From Candidatus Iainarchaeum sp. (GTDB taxonomy: Archaea > Iainarchaeota > Iainarchaeia > Iainarchaeales > DTGL01), in contig JAVYME010000007.1 of NCBI GenBank assembly GCA_038736825.1, positions 1,349 to 33,348 of the forward strand: DNA of 32,000 nucleotides, read 5' to 3'. The translations under genes and the position numbers were made by a program. The notes beneath the pieces were generated by a model. That model was not told the origin of the DNA and did no database searches. It was given only the letters and a program-made list of their open reading frames with translations. Shown here one piece after another: positions 16,566 to 24,979 of the stretch; the first letter of the stretch is position 1, and each line of letters begins with the position of its first letter.

Positions 16566-17935
16566 CCAAACTGCCTCCTTTTCCTTACAACGCGCACCAC
16601 TCCAAGTATTAGTACAAGCAATCCAAGCAACAAGATTAAGACTGCAAGAATGCCAAAGGTGTTTTCAGGCAATACTGGAATTGGAGCGGTTACCTCTATT
16701 GTTTGGGATGCACTGTTAAAACCGTCCTTTACAGCAATTATTTCAATGTTTCCAGGGCTAAGGCCTTCAAACATTGCAATGCCGTTTGAATTTGTTGTTT
16801 TTTCAATTCCGCTCACTGAAATTTTTGCGGCTTCCACTGGCCGGCCTTCGCTTTTCACTTGCACTTCCAGGGGTTGCCCTGCAACAATTTTTTCAGGTGC
16901 AAAGATTTCAAGGTTTTTTGGTTTTATTGCTTCTTTTTTTATTTCAATCAGGGAGGAAAATGCTTGAAAGTTTGGGGCTGAAACTTTTAGTTCAGCGCTG
17001 CCTTCGGCTGGGATTGCAAAAAAGGCTGTTCCGTCTTTTCCGGTTGTTTTAATGGTTTCGCCTAATTCTATTCTTGCGTTCTCTATTGGATTGCCTTTTG
17101 ATGAAACCAGCACTTTAATTATTTCGCCGGGTTTTGCTGTTTTTGGGAATTCAACTGAAAGCTTTTCCGGTTCTGCCAAAACAATTATTTTTTTCACTGC
17201 TTTTTCCAATCCTTCTTTTTCTGCAATTATTTCAAATTCTCCTGCTTGTTTTGCAAAAAAAACCGTGTCTCCAGCCAAACCAGTGGTTTTTTGTTCGCCC
17301 ATGAATGAAATTTTTGCGTTTTCTGCTGGCTGGAAATTGTCAAGGGCTTTCACTATAAAGCCTTCGCCTGCGTTTACTGTTTCCGGTGCTTCAATTGAAA
17401 GGATTTTTCCTGCAATTGCTTTAAAGGTTTTTCCGCTTTCAGTTGTTGCTTTGACTTCAAAAGAGCGCGAAATTGAAGTGTAGGTTGTGCAATTGCTTTT
17501 TTCCAGTGGAAGGATTTTTGTAATGTTGTTGTCGATTATTTCAATTTGCCCTATTGGTTTGTCAACGCAGATTGTGAAAGTGTCGCCTGTTCTGAGCATT
17601 GAGATTTTTATGGGTGTTTCAAATGAAATTTTTGTTTCACCGCCTCCTTCGCCTGAAAGAGTGAAAAAGAATGTGCCTTCTTCGGATGGCTGTATTGAGA
17701 TTTCGCCGTTGGCGCCAGTTCTTGCTTCAATTGTTTTTCCAGAAGGGTAAACTATTGTGGCTGTTTTGTCCGCTAGTGCCATTCCATTGCAGGAAACAAG
17801 CACTACAATTTTTGCGTTTTCCCCTTCAATGACAATGCTTTTATGAAATTCTATTGAATTGCATTCTGTTGAAATTGCGAATTGCAGAATTAGGAGAAAA
17901 GCCAAAGCTATTGTTGTTTTCTTTCCAAATTGCAT
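16562..17935 (-). CDS. Secreted protein with 4-5 PEGA / carboxypeptidase-regulatory-like beta-sandwich repeats and C-terminal TM anchor
   Basis: The ATG at 17935 (MQFGKKTTIALAFLLILQFA) starts a signal peptide. Repeats of about 85 aa fit the pattern G-x-P-[VI]-E-x-A-K-I-...-T-T-x-x-x-G-x-A-x-F. The C-terminal helix is followed by RKRRQFG. A TATA-like AATATTTATAC lies ~25 nt upstream of the ATG. Confidence 0.8.
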   Translation of the reverse strand: MQFGKKTTIALAFLLILQFAISTECNSIEFHKSIVIEGENAKIVVLVSCNGMALADKTATIVYPSGKTIEARTGANGEISIQPSEEGTFFFTLSGEGGGETKISFETPIKISMLRTGDTFTICVDKPIGQIEIIDNNITKILPLEKSNCTTYTSISRSFEVKATTESGKTFKAIAGKILSIEAPETVNAGEGFIVKALDNFQPAENAKISFMGEQKTTGLAGDTVFFAKQAGEFEIIAEKEGLEKAVKKIIVLAEPEKLSVEFPKTAKPGEIIKVLVSSKGNPIENARIELGETIKTTGKDGTAFFAIPAEGSAELKVSAPNFQAFSSLIEIKKEAIKPKNLEIFAPEKIVAGQPLEVQVKSEGRPVEAAKISVSGIEKTTNSNGIAMFEGLSPGNIEIIAVKDGFNSASQTIEVTAPIPVLPENTFGILAVLILLLGLLVLILGVVRVVRKRRQFG

Positions 17936-18027
17936 GCAATAATAACTCTTCCCCCGTATAAATATTTTTTGTTCTTGAAAAAACCCACCCAAAAGATTTA
18001 TTAACCTTTTTCCGTTAAATGATTATT

Positions 18028-18093
18028 GCGGGGTTTCAACTGGTTCTTGAGCCATTCCCAATGGCACCAGCCAAGTTTCCCGGTTAACCCCGC
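18028..18093 (-). other. 66-nt triple-nested stem-loop element downstream of argH
   Basis: Helix 1 is GCGGGGTT (18028-35) with AACCCCGC (18086-93). Helix 2 is CTGGT (18040-44) with ACCAG (18066-70). Helix 3 is GCCATT (18051-56) with AATGGC (18060-65) and loop CCC. All pairs are Watson-Crick. Confidence 0.4.
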
Positions 18094-18118
18094 AACCTTT
18101 TCTTTTAATGAAGTGCCT

Positions 18119-19297
18119 TCACGCTTTTTGCATTTTGTATGCTTCCCTGAATGGCACGCCCTTTTTTGCCATTTCAATTGCCTTTTCAGCTGAAAGCATT
18201 TCACCTGTTATGGCGCTTTCGCATTTTTCCGCGTTCACTTTTATTTTCGGGAGTGCGCGCAAGGCAATTTCAACGCAATCCATTGCGGTTTCAAAGCCTT
18301 CCATTAATGGCTTTTTGCCGAGCTGCGCATCGCGGTTGTATCCCGATGGAAGCGAGTTCTGGTTTGCAAGCGAATGGAAAAGAAAGGATTGCATTTCCGC
18401 ATTCTTTGCGCGCAACAATTCGAACACGTCCGGATTCTTTTTTTGCGGCATTATAGAGGAACCAGTGCAAATTTCTTCAGGCAGTTCAAGGAAACCGTAA
18501 TGCTCTCCTGAAAACAGCACAATGTCTGTTGCAAGCTTGTTCAAGGAAAGCATTAATTCGCAGAGCGCGAAAAGCACTGCACTCTCATACTTGCCGCGGG
18601 AATTTATTGCATAAAGAGGGTTTTTTTGTGCTTTTGCAAAACCCAAATCCTTTGCAATTGCCTCTTTGTCCAATGCAAGGCTTGAACCATAGCCTGCTGC
18701 TGCGCCCATTGGGCTTTTGCTTATAAAGTGCTTCACTGATTCCATTAATTCAATGTCATCCTTTAAGGATTCTGCAAAGCTTTCCATCCAGAGCCCCACT
18801 GTGGAAGGCATTGCCTTTCGCGAGTGAGTGTAGCCAGGCATTTTAATGCTTTTGTTTTTTTCCGCAAGTTTTTCCAGTTCTTCCTTTAACGCTTTGGTTT
18901 TCTCCAGCAATCCTGAAAGTTTTTTTTTCGAATACAATAAAATGTCCGCTGCAATCTGGTCGTTTCTGGATTTTCCCGCATGGATTTTTTTTCCTGTTGC
19001 CCCCAGTTTTTCAGTCAAAAAGTTTTCCACTGCAGTGTGCACGTCCTCTTGCCCTGAAAGGATTTTGAATTCCCCCTTGGATGCTTTCACTTTGAGCTCT
19101 GCAAGCGCTTTCTTTATTTCCCCGAATTCATGCCATGAAATGGTTTTTGCCTTTGCAAGGGCTTTTGCGTGCGCTTCGTTCACTGCACAATCCTCTTCAA
19201 CCAATTCCATGTCCAAAAGGAAATCCTTTCCCACTGTAAAGGCTTCAATTTTTGCATCAAGCGCTTTTCCCGTTTTTTCCCACAATTTTTCCATCAT
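18119..19297 (-). CDS. argH: Argininosuccinate lyase (short form)
   Basis: GKSRNDQ and the fumarate-lyase signature GSSIMPQKKNPD are present. The ATG at 19297 forms an ATGA overlap with the argG stop. At 392 aa it is about 55-70 aa shorter at the C-terminus than typical ArgH. Confidence 0.85.
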   Translation of the reverse strand: MMEKLWEKTGKALDAKIEAFTVGKDFLLDMELVEEDCAVNEAHAKALAKAKTISWHEFGEIKKALAELKVKASKGEFKILSGQEDVHTAVENFLTEKLGATGKKIHAGKSRNDQIAADILLYSKKKLSGLLEKTKALKEELEKLAEKNKSIKMPGYTHSRKAMPSTVGLWMESFAESLKDDIELMESVKHFISKSPMGAAAGYGSSLALDKEAIAKDLGFAKAQKNPLYAINSRGKYESAVLFALCELMLSLNKLATDIVLFSGEHYGFLELPEEICTGSSIMPQKKNPDVFELLRAKNAEMQSFLFHSLANQNSLPSGYNRDAQLGKKPLMEGFETAMDCVEIALRALPKIKVNAEKCESAITGEMLSAEKAIEMAKKGVPFREAYKMQKA

Positions 19298-20541
19298 TCC
19301 ACCTTTTTCAATTGCATTGCTGTTTTGGATTGCAGGCTCCACAATTCAATAAAGCCTGGCGCCGCACTTTGATTGAACTGCCCTGCATTGTAAGCGGCAA
19401 GGCTTTCACTGTAAAGAGAGAAAGGCGATTTCCTTCCCACAACAGCCGCGTGCCCCTTGAAAAGTTTCACTTTCACTTTTCCGCAAACCCTTTTGTTCTG
19501 CATTTCAATGAATGCATTCAATGAATCCATTAACGGCTCAAACCACAAGCCTTGATAGGCAAGATAAGCCCATTTTTGGTCCACTAATTCCTTGAACTGG
19601 TTTTCGTGCACAGTGCTCACCATTTTCTCCAAATCCTTGTGTGCTTCAATGATGACTGTTGCTGCAGGGCATTCATATACTTCCCTGCTCTTCAAGCCCA
19701 CAACCCTGTCCTCAATGTGGTCAATAATGCCAATGCCGTGCTTTCCGGCAATACAATTCAATTCCATTACGAGTTCATGCAAGGGCATTTCCTTTCCGTC
19801 AAGCGAAACCGGAATTCCTTCAAAAAAACCCAGTTCTATGGTTTCAGCCTTGCCTGGAGCCTTTTCCGGCAAACAACAAAAACCAAAAACGTTTTCCGGT
19901 GGTTCCGCAAAAGCATCCTCTAAAACGCCGCACTCGCTGCTCTTGCCCCACAAGTTTTCATCAGTGGAATACGGTTTCTCCACGGTTTCACTCACAGGAA
20001 TCCCCTTGGCTTTTGCATACTCAATCTCTTTCTCTCTATCCATGCCAAAATCCCTCACTGGAGCAAGAATTTTCATTCCAGGATTCAATGAAACAATGCC
20101 GGCTTCAATCCGCACTTGATCGTTTCCCTTGCCAGTGCAACCATGTGCAATAGCATCAATGCCCTCTTTTTTTGCAATTTCCACTGCAATTTTTGCAATC
20201 AAGGGCCTTCCAATTGCAGTGCTCAAAGGGTATTTGCCCTGGTATAATGCATTGGCTTTTATTGCTCTCGCAACAAATTTTTCCGCAAACTCTTTTTTTG
20301 CGTCAACCACAAACGCTTTTTTTGCTCCGAGCGCCAAAGCCTTTTTTTTTGCCTTTTGCAGGCTGGTTTTTTGCCCCAAGTCCACGGTCAAAGTGTACAG
20401 TTGTGCCTTGAATTCTTCTTGAATGAATTTAAGCAAGATTGAAGTGTCAAGGCCTCCAGAGTACAACAGCAAAACCTTTTCCGGGTTTTCCGCTTCATGG
20501 GAAGCGCTGTTTTCCTTTTTCTTTTTTTCAAACCAGTGCAT
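19294..20541 (-). CDS. argG: Argininosuccinate synthase
   Basis: LLYSGGLDTS is the PP-loop. AHGCTGKGNDQVR and the overall length are typical of ArgG. Confidence 0.9.
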   Translation of the reverse strand: MHWFEKKKKENSASHEAENPEKVLLLYSGGLDTSILLKFIQEEFKAQLYTLTVDLGQKTSLQKAKKKALALGAKKAFVVDAKKEFAEKFVARAIKANALYQGKYPLSTAIGRPLIAKIAVEIAKKEGIDAIAHGCTGKGNDQVRIEAGIVSLNPGMKILAPVRDFGMDREKEIEYAKAKGIPVSETVEKPYSTDENLWGKSSECGVLEDAFAEPPENVFGFCCLPEKAPGKAETIELGFFEGIPVSLDGKEMPLHELVMELNCIAGKHGIGIIDHIEDRVVGLKSREVYECPAATVIIEAHKDLEKMVSTVHENQFKELVDQKWAYLAYQGLWFEPLMDSLNAFIEMQNKRVCGKVKVKLFKGHAAVVGRKSPFSLYSESLAAYNAGQFNQSAAPGFIELWSLQSKTAMQLKKVE

Positions 20542-20671
20542 TCAAACACCACGCTCTTTTTCCAACAACCTGCTCTGCCGGAATATAAAAGCCTTTCGCC
20601 CGAAAAAAGACAAATTGAACAAAAGATGTCCAAAATAAAACATTTAATCCTTTCCATTCATTTTTTTTTGC

Positions 20672-21295
20672 ATGAACGCTTCAAAGGAAGTCCAAAAATT
20701 TGTGGAGGAAAGGCCTTTCATAAAGCAGGCTTTGAAGAAGGGGATTGTGAATTTTTCCGCTCTGGCGCGCTTGGTGAAAGCTGAATCCGGAAGCAAATCC
20801 AGCGAGGAAGCCCTTGTTGTGGCAGCAAGGCGTTATGTGGAAAAAACAAGGTTTTCCGGTGCAGAGAAAGGGGAAATAATTGCATTGCTCAAAAAAAGCC
20901 GTGTTGAGGTGAAGAGCAAGGTGAATGCAGCGGTTTTTTCCCAGCTAGTGCCATTGAAAGCGCTCTTGGAGGCACAAAAAGAGGCACAGGATTCAGGAGA
21001 GCCCTTCCACTTAATCAAGGGCACTTCAACCTTTACAGTAATCACTTCTGAAGAATTCTTTTCAGGACTATCCCACTTGAAACCCTTCATTTTGAAAAAC
21101 CAAAAGGGATTGGTTGAAATAACCCTGAAAAGCCCGAAAGAAATTGAAAGCATTCCAGGGGTTGTAGCGTTTCTTTACTCTTTGTTTGCAGAGCGCGGCA
21201 TCAACATAGTTGAAACCACTTCGTGCTGGACTGACACTCTCTTTGTAATAAGCTGCAAAGACCTTTCCATGGCGCTAAAAATCCTTTCCTTTTAG
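20672..21295 (+). CDS. Putative regulator with N-terminal HTH-like region and C-terminal ACT-like domain
   Basis: The N-terminus is VQKFVEERPFIKQALKKGIVNFSALARLV. The C-terminus IPGVVAFLYSLFAERGINIVETTSCWTDTLFVI has an ACT-type fold pattern. The gene is divergent from argG. Confidence 0.5.
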   Translation: MNASKEVQKFVEERPFIKQALKKGIVNFSALARLVKAESGSKSSEEALVVAARRYVEKTRFSGAEKGEIIALLKKSRVEVKSKVNAAVFSQLVPLKALLEAQKEAQDSGEPFHLIKGTSTFTVITSEEFFSGLSHLKPFILKNQKGLVEITLKSPKEIESIPGVVAFLYSLFAERGINIVETTSCWTDTLFVISCKDLSMALKILSF

Positions 21296-21348
21296 CCCAA
21301 ACCCTTTAAAAAATTCTCCCTTTCTATTCTATACGGAAAGCGTTGAAA

Positions 21349-21568
21349 GCCGAGATGGCGGAGTGGCCCAACGCGCCAGCTTGGAGCCTGCCCTTTCTTT
21401 TCTTTTAACAAAAGAAAAGAAAGTGTAAGTTGCCCAAAGAAAAGAAAAACGGTTTTGGGTTGCGGAAAAGAAAGAAAACTTTTGGTTTCCAAACAAAGCC
21501 AGGTGTTTTTGCAGCCAATTAGCTGGTATGCCTTACGGCATGCGGGGGTTCGAATCCCTCTCTCGGCG
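21349..21568 (+). tRNA. tRNA-Ser(GGA) with 134-nt intron (21387..21520) at position 37/38
   Basis: The exons are nearly identical to the tRNA at 13463. The anticodon loop is T-T-GGA-G|A and the variable arm is ATGCC-TTAC-GGCAT. There is a perfect hBHBh' motif: CCAGC TTGG [AG|C] CTGC ... GCAG CCAA [TT|A] GCTGG. Confidence 0.9.
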
Positions 21569-21572
21569 CTGT

Positions 21573-21794
21573 TCATTTTTCTTGGATTAACTGCCCTGCT
21601 TTTTCCGTGTCAGCGTAAAACTCCAAATAACCGCAGTCAAGGCACAAGTGGGCGGTCACCATTGGCAGGTTTAACGCAAACACCGGAGTCTTTTTTTTTG
21701 AAGAAAAATATTTTGGCGGCATTACAGTCGGGCTCACATAACCAGAATCAATCCTTGTTGAACCGCACTTAGGGCATTTCACCATGGCCATCAA
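21573..21794 (-). CDS. Small zinc-ribbon protein
   Basis: It has two CxxC pairs (CPKCG ... CLDCG) in 73 aa. It lies just downstream of the Cys-repeat gene on the same strand. Confidence 0.55.
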   Translation of the reverse strand: MMAMVKCPKCGSTRIDSGYVSPTVMPPKYFSSKKKTPVFALNLPMVTAHLCLDCGYLEFYADTEKAGQLIQEK

Positions 21795-21853
21795 ACCACT
21801 TCCTTTTTTTCAAATTTAAAAAAAACTTTGTCCAACATTTTGTGTTTTTTTTT

Positions 21854-23203
21854 TCACTTCCGGTTTTGCACATTAAGATAGCATGTCTCCTTTTCGTATT
21901 CTGCAAGCCAATTGCAATAAGAGGAATCGCCTGTTGCCAAAGCCAAACAATAGTTTTTCATTTGCTTGTCTGAAATCTTTTCGCACAAAACCGGGTTTTT
22001 TTCTATTTGTGCAACACCGCTATAGCATTGCTGGAACCAAACATTGTTATCCTGCTGGAGCATGTCGCAATACTCTGTCTTTCTCGAATTGATTGCAATG
22101 AGGCTAATGCAACTGCTTTTATAGTCCTTGTCCAAAATTTTCTGGCAAAGCCAGAGGTTTTCCTCTTTTCCTTCCGCCAAAAAATAATAACAGTTTTCCT
22201 TGCTTGTAGTGGCAGTATCCTGAATGGAATTGTCGCCCTCAAGGAGTTCGCAAACAGACGGATTGCTGGTGTTTCTTGCAACAAAACTATAACACTTTCC
22301 TTTTTCATAAGCGATTGTGAGTCCAGCGCACTGGTTGACATCTGTGGAGAAAACCAGCCTGTTGACAAGGCATCTTTCCCTGCTTGAAACATCATTTGAA
22401 ATCTGTTCGCAGATTCCGGCTGCAAAAAAGCAAGCGTTTTTGTGCTCTTCAAGCGAAAGCCTTTTGCATTCCGCAAGCGCCTTTTCCCTTGAAAGCTGTG
22501 AAGAATACTCTGCAATGCAGAATTGTGCATCCCTTGCCCTTTCACAGAGTTTTATGTCGCCTGCCTCAACCGCTTTTTTGTTATAGCACTCGTTTATTGC
22601 AATTTGTTTTTGCAATCCAATGCGAAGGGTTTTAGCCTCTTCCATTGTTTCGCATTCAGGCAATGGCTCTCTTGCCCTTTTTATTGCGTGCTCCAGGCAT
22701 TGCTCTTTAAGTTTTTCAGACTCTATTTTTTCGCACAATCCAGTGTGTGGCAGGTCGAAAGAGAGCGACAAATAACAGTTGTCCCTTTCGCTTGCGCTTC
22801 CAATCAAAGCACAGGATTCAGGGTTTTTTGAAACCTTTGCAACAGTGAAAATACAACTGTGCCTGTAATTCTCGTTTTCCACCAACAAGCATTCACTTGA
22901 ATCCAGCGATTTTGTTGCGTTGTCGTAATGCATTGAATCGCTCTGGCTTAAGCCGGGGTAACTGCGGTAACCCTGTTTTTTGAAATCGCTTTCCGGAACA
23001 TAATCGCCTGACTGCCCCCAATCCCCTTCATAATATTTTGTCTTATTGAATGGCATTATTCCTTCACCCAAAACCTCCAAAGGGCTTTTCTCCCAGCCAA
23101 AAACCGAGTGCCCGAAAAACAACAAAAAAAGCGAGCCAGCGATTGCAAGCAAGAGAAAAGCCATTAAACCAAAAACCATTACTGGAGTAAAACTGGATTG
23201 CAT
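21854..23203 (-). CDS. N-terminally membrane-anchored protein with 13 tandem C-x(8-13)-C units
   Basis: The N-terminal TM helix is VMVFGLMAFLLLAIAGSLFLLFF. It has 26 Cys arranged as 13 pairs, mostly C-x11-C followed by an aromatic or aliphatic residue, for example CALIGSASERDNCY, CEKISDKQMKNYC and CQKILDKDYKSSC. A TATA-like AATTAAATAC lies ~25-35 nt upstream. Confidence 0.75.
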   Translation of the reverse strand: MQSSFTPVMVFGLMAFLLLAIAGSLFLLFFGHSVFGWEKSPLEVLGEGIMPFNKTKYYEGDWGQSGDYVPESDFKKQGYRSYPGLSQSDSMHYDNATKSLDSSECLLVENENYRHSCIFTVAKVSKNPESCALIGSASERDNCYLSLSFDLPHTGLCEKIESEKLKEQCLEHAIKRAREPLPECETMEEAKTLRIGLQKQIAINECYNKKAVEAGDIKLCERARDAQFCIAEYSSQLSREKALAECKRLSLEEHKNACFFAAGICEQISNDVSSRERCLVNRLVFSTDVNQCAGLTIAYEKGKCYSFVARNTSNPSVCELLEGDNSIQDTATTSKENCYYFLAEGKEENLWLCQKILDKDYKSSCISLIAINSRKTEYCDMLQQDNNVWFQQCYSGVAQIEKNPVLCEKISDKQMKNYCLALATGDSSYCNWLAEYEKETCYLNVQNRK

Positions 23204-23317
23204 GAAAGAATTTCTCTCTTGCAGTATTTAATTGTACCGTTTTGCCTTACCAGAAAAGAATATTAAGGGGAAACGCTTTGATTTTATTGCCTAAGCGCGC
23301 TATTCAGAGGCTTTGAA

Positions 23318-23422
23318 ATGAAAAAGTTTTTTTTCTTATTTTTTGCCCTTGTTTTTGACAGCAATGGTTTTAGCCCTTCCACTCTTTTCAATGATGAAAA
23401 AAAGAGAGTGTTAAAAAAATGA
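23318..23422 (+). CDS. Doubtful 34-codon mini-ORF with signal-peptide-like N-terminus
   Basis: Hand translation gives MKKFFFLFFALVFDSNGFSPSTLFNDEKKRVLKK. Its TGA overlaps the ATG of the next gene (ATGA at 23419-23422). It is too short for the ORF track. Confidence 0.25.
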   Translation: MKKFFFLFFALVFDSNGFSPSTLFNDEKKRVLKK

Positions 23423-24963
23423 AAAAGGAAATCTTTCAAAAAATTTTTGCAATTTTGGTTTTTTTCCTGTTTTTTGCCAGTGTCAAGGCAGACACCTTCA
23501 ATATCCCGTTAGCTCGCTTCGGCTTAGTGCAAAGCATTGGAGAAAAAAAGGCAATTTTTGAAAACCAGATTAAGCCGATTGTTGAAACCTTTAGACTTAA
23601 TGCAGACATTTCAAGCCTTGAAGATTGCGCCAACAAGTCCACCACCATTCAAGGGCAGGGGCAATGCCAAAACACCATTGAAATAGCCTTTCAGGCTGCA
23701 TTGCCCTACAATGACATGTATGCCCAGACAAAGTATTCCCTTTTAAGGGACGGAATTGAATTCCAGCCCGCTTCAAGCATTCCGCCTTCAAAAATTTCAC
23801 TTGGAGACACAATCCGCATTGAACCCCAAATTGTAACCCAAGAAATTTCACACCCCATCCAGGACTGGACAGTACAAGGCGCATCCACAGACACTCCACC
23901 AATAGAAATCCTTTCAAGCAGGGAATTCAACACGCTTGCCGAAATGTTAACCCTAAGACAGCGCGAAAGATATCCTGCCTCAGGGGAATTAATGGATGCG
24001 CTTAGAGTTGAAAAATTCAAAACCGAGGTTGTTCCCTGGACTGGCGGCAACAGTTATGTTGGATTCCAAGGCAAAACCTATCATGTTGTCGAATTGGCTG
24101 GAGGCAAAAAAGCAGGAGTGCTAATTGCTTGCGCTGAATCCATATCAGCAACCACTTACAGTGGCACTTGCAATTCCGACCCTTTAAGCGACAGTGTTGA
24201 ATGCCATATAACCAAAATGCCTGAAAACAGAAAAGCTGAAATTGTCATTAATCCCTTTTTTAACTGCTTTATTCACTTTGACAGGATTTTCACTGGAAGC
24301 ATAGCGCTTCAAGCAGACTGGTTTGGCCAAACCTTTGGCAATGTTCCAAAAAGCCCATTGTCTTTTCAGGTTCTGCCAACCGGCAGAGAAAAACCCCCTA
24401 TAGCAGAATTCGAGTGCAATATTGACAATTGCACGCCGGATTCAGAGCAACCAAAATGCCTTTACTGTGATGCTTCCAAGTCAAGCGATGAAGACGGCAG
24501 AATAGAATCCTATTTTTGGACAATCGCTGGAAGCTACACTACCGCCATTGGAGTTAAATCCAAATTCTACCCTCAATCCCTTCCCAAAAGCACAATAAGC
24601 ATAACCCTAAAAGCAACAGACAACCAAGGCTTTTACAGCGAGAAAACAAAAACCTTCAGTGTAAGTGAAGGAACACTAAAAGAAACAGGCATGACAGATA
24701 AACTGTCTTTTATTGCAGAATACAATCCCTCCACAAAAAAAGCAGAACTCACTCTCTCCAATTGCCCACCCACTGCCATGCAAGCATTCCTTGACATTGA
24801 CTTGCTTGGCTTTGACGCCAAACCAGTGCTTTCAATTTTAGAAAAACAACCAATTGCCTGCGAAAAAACAACAGAGGTTGGCCCGATAACCGCGAAAGGC
24901 GTTTACCAAGCAACAGCCAAAATAAACAGCCAAACAATTCAAGCAATATTTTCAGTTCCATAA
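23419..24963 (+). CDS. Secreted protein of unknown function (possible PKD/Ig-like segment)
   Basis: MKKEIFQKIFAILVFFLFFASVKA is a signal peptide. The segment CDASKSSDEDGRIESYFWTIAG...ITLKATDNQG resembles PKD-type beta-sandwich motifs. There is no C-terminal anchor. Confidence 0.7.
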   Translation: MKKEIFQKIFAILVFFLFFASVKADTFNIPLARFGLVQSIGEKKAIFENQIKPIVETFRLNADISSLEDCANKSTTIQGQGQCQNTIEIAFQAALPYNDMYAQTKYSLLRDGIEFQPASSIPPSKISLGDTIRIEPQIVTQEISHPIQDWTVQGASTDTPPIEILSSREFNTLAEMLTLRQRERYPASGELMDALRVEKFKTEVVPWTGGNSYVGFQGKTYHVVELAGGKKAGVLIACAESISATTYSGTCNSDPLSDSVECHITKMPENRKAEIVINPFFNCFIHFDRIFTGSIALQADWFGQTFGNVPKSPLSFQVLPTGREKPPIAEFECNIDNCTPDSEQPKCLYCDASKSSDEDGRIESYFWTIAGSYTTAIGVKSKFYPQSLPKSTISITLKATDNQGFYSEKTKTFSVSEGTLKETGMTDKLSFIAEYNPSTKKAELTLSNCPPTAMQAFLDIDLLGFDAKPVLSILEKQPIACEKTTEVGPITAKGVYQATAKINSQTIQAIFSVP

Positions 24964-24979
24964 AAATAAAAGCCAGAAC

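Noticed and set aside
13463-21568. Integrated element bounded by the two near-identical tRNA-Ser genes
   Set aside because: Both tRNAs are complete isoacceptors with different anticodons rather than a tRNA plus a partial att copy. The interval carries argG, argH and other chromosomal-type genes and has no integrase or other mobile-element genes.
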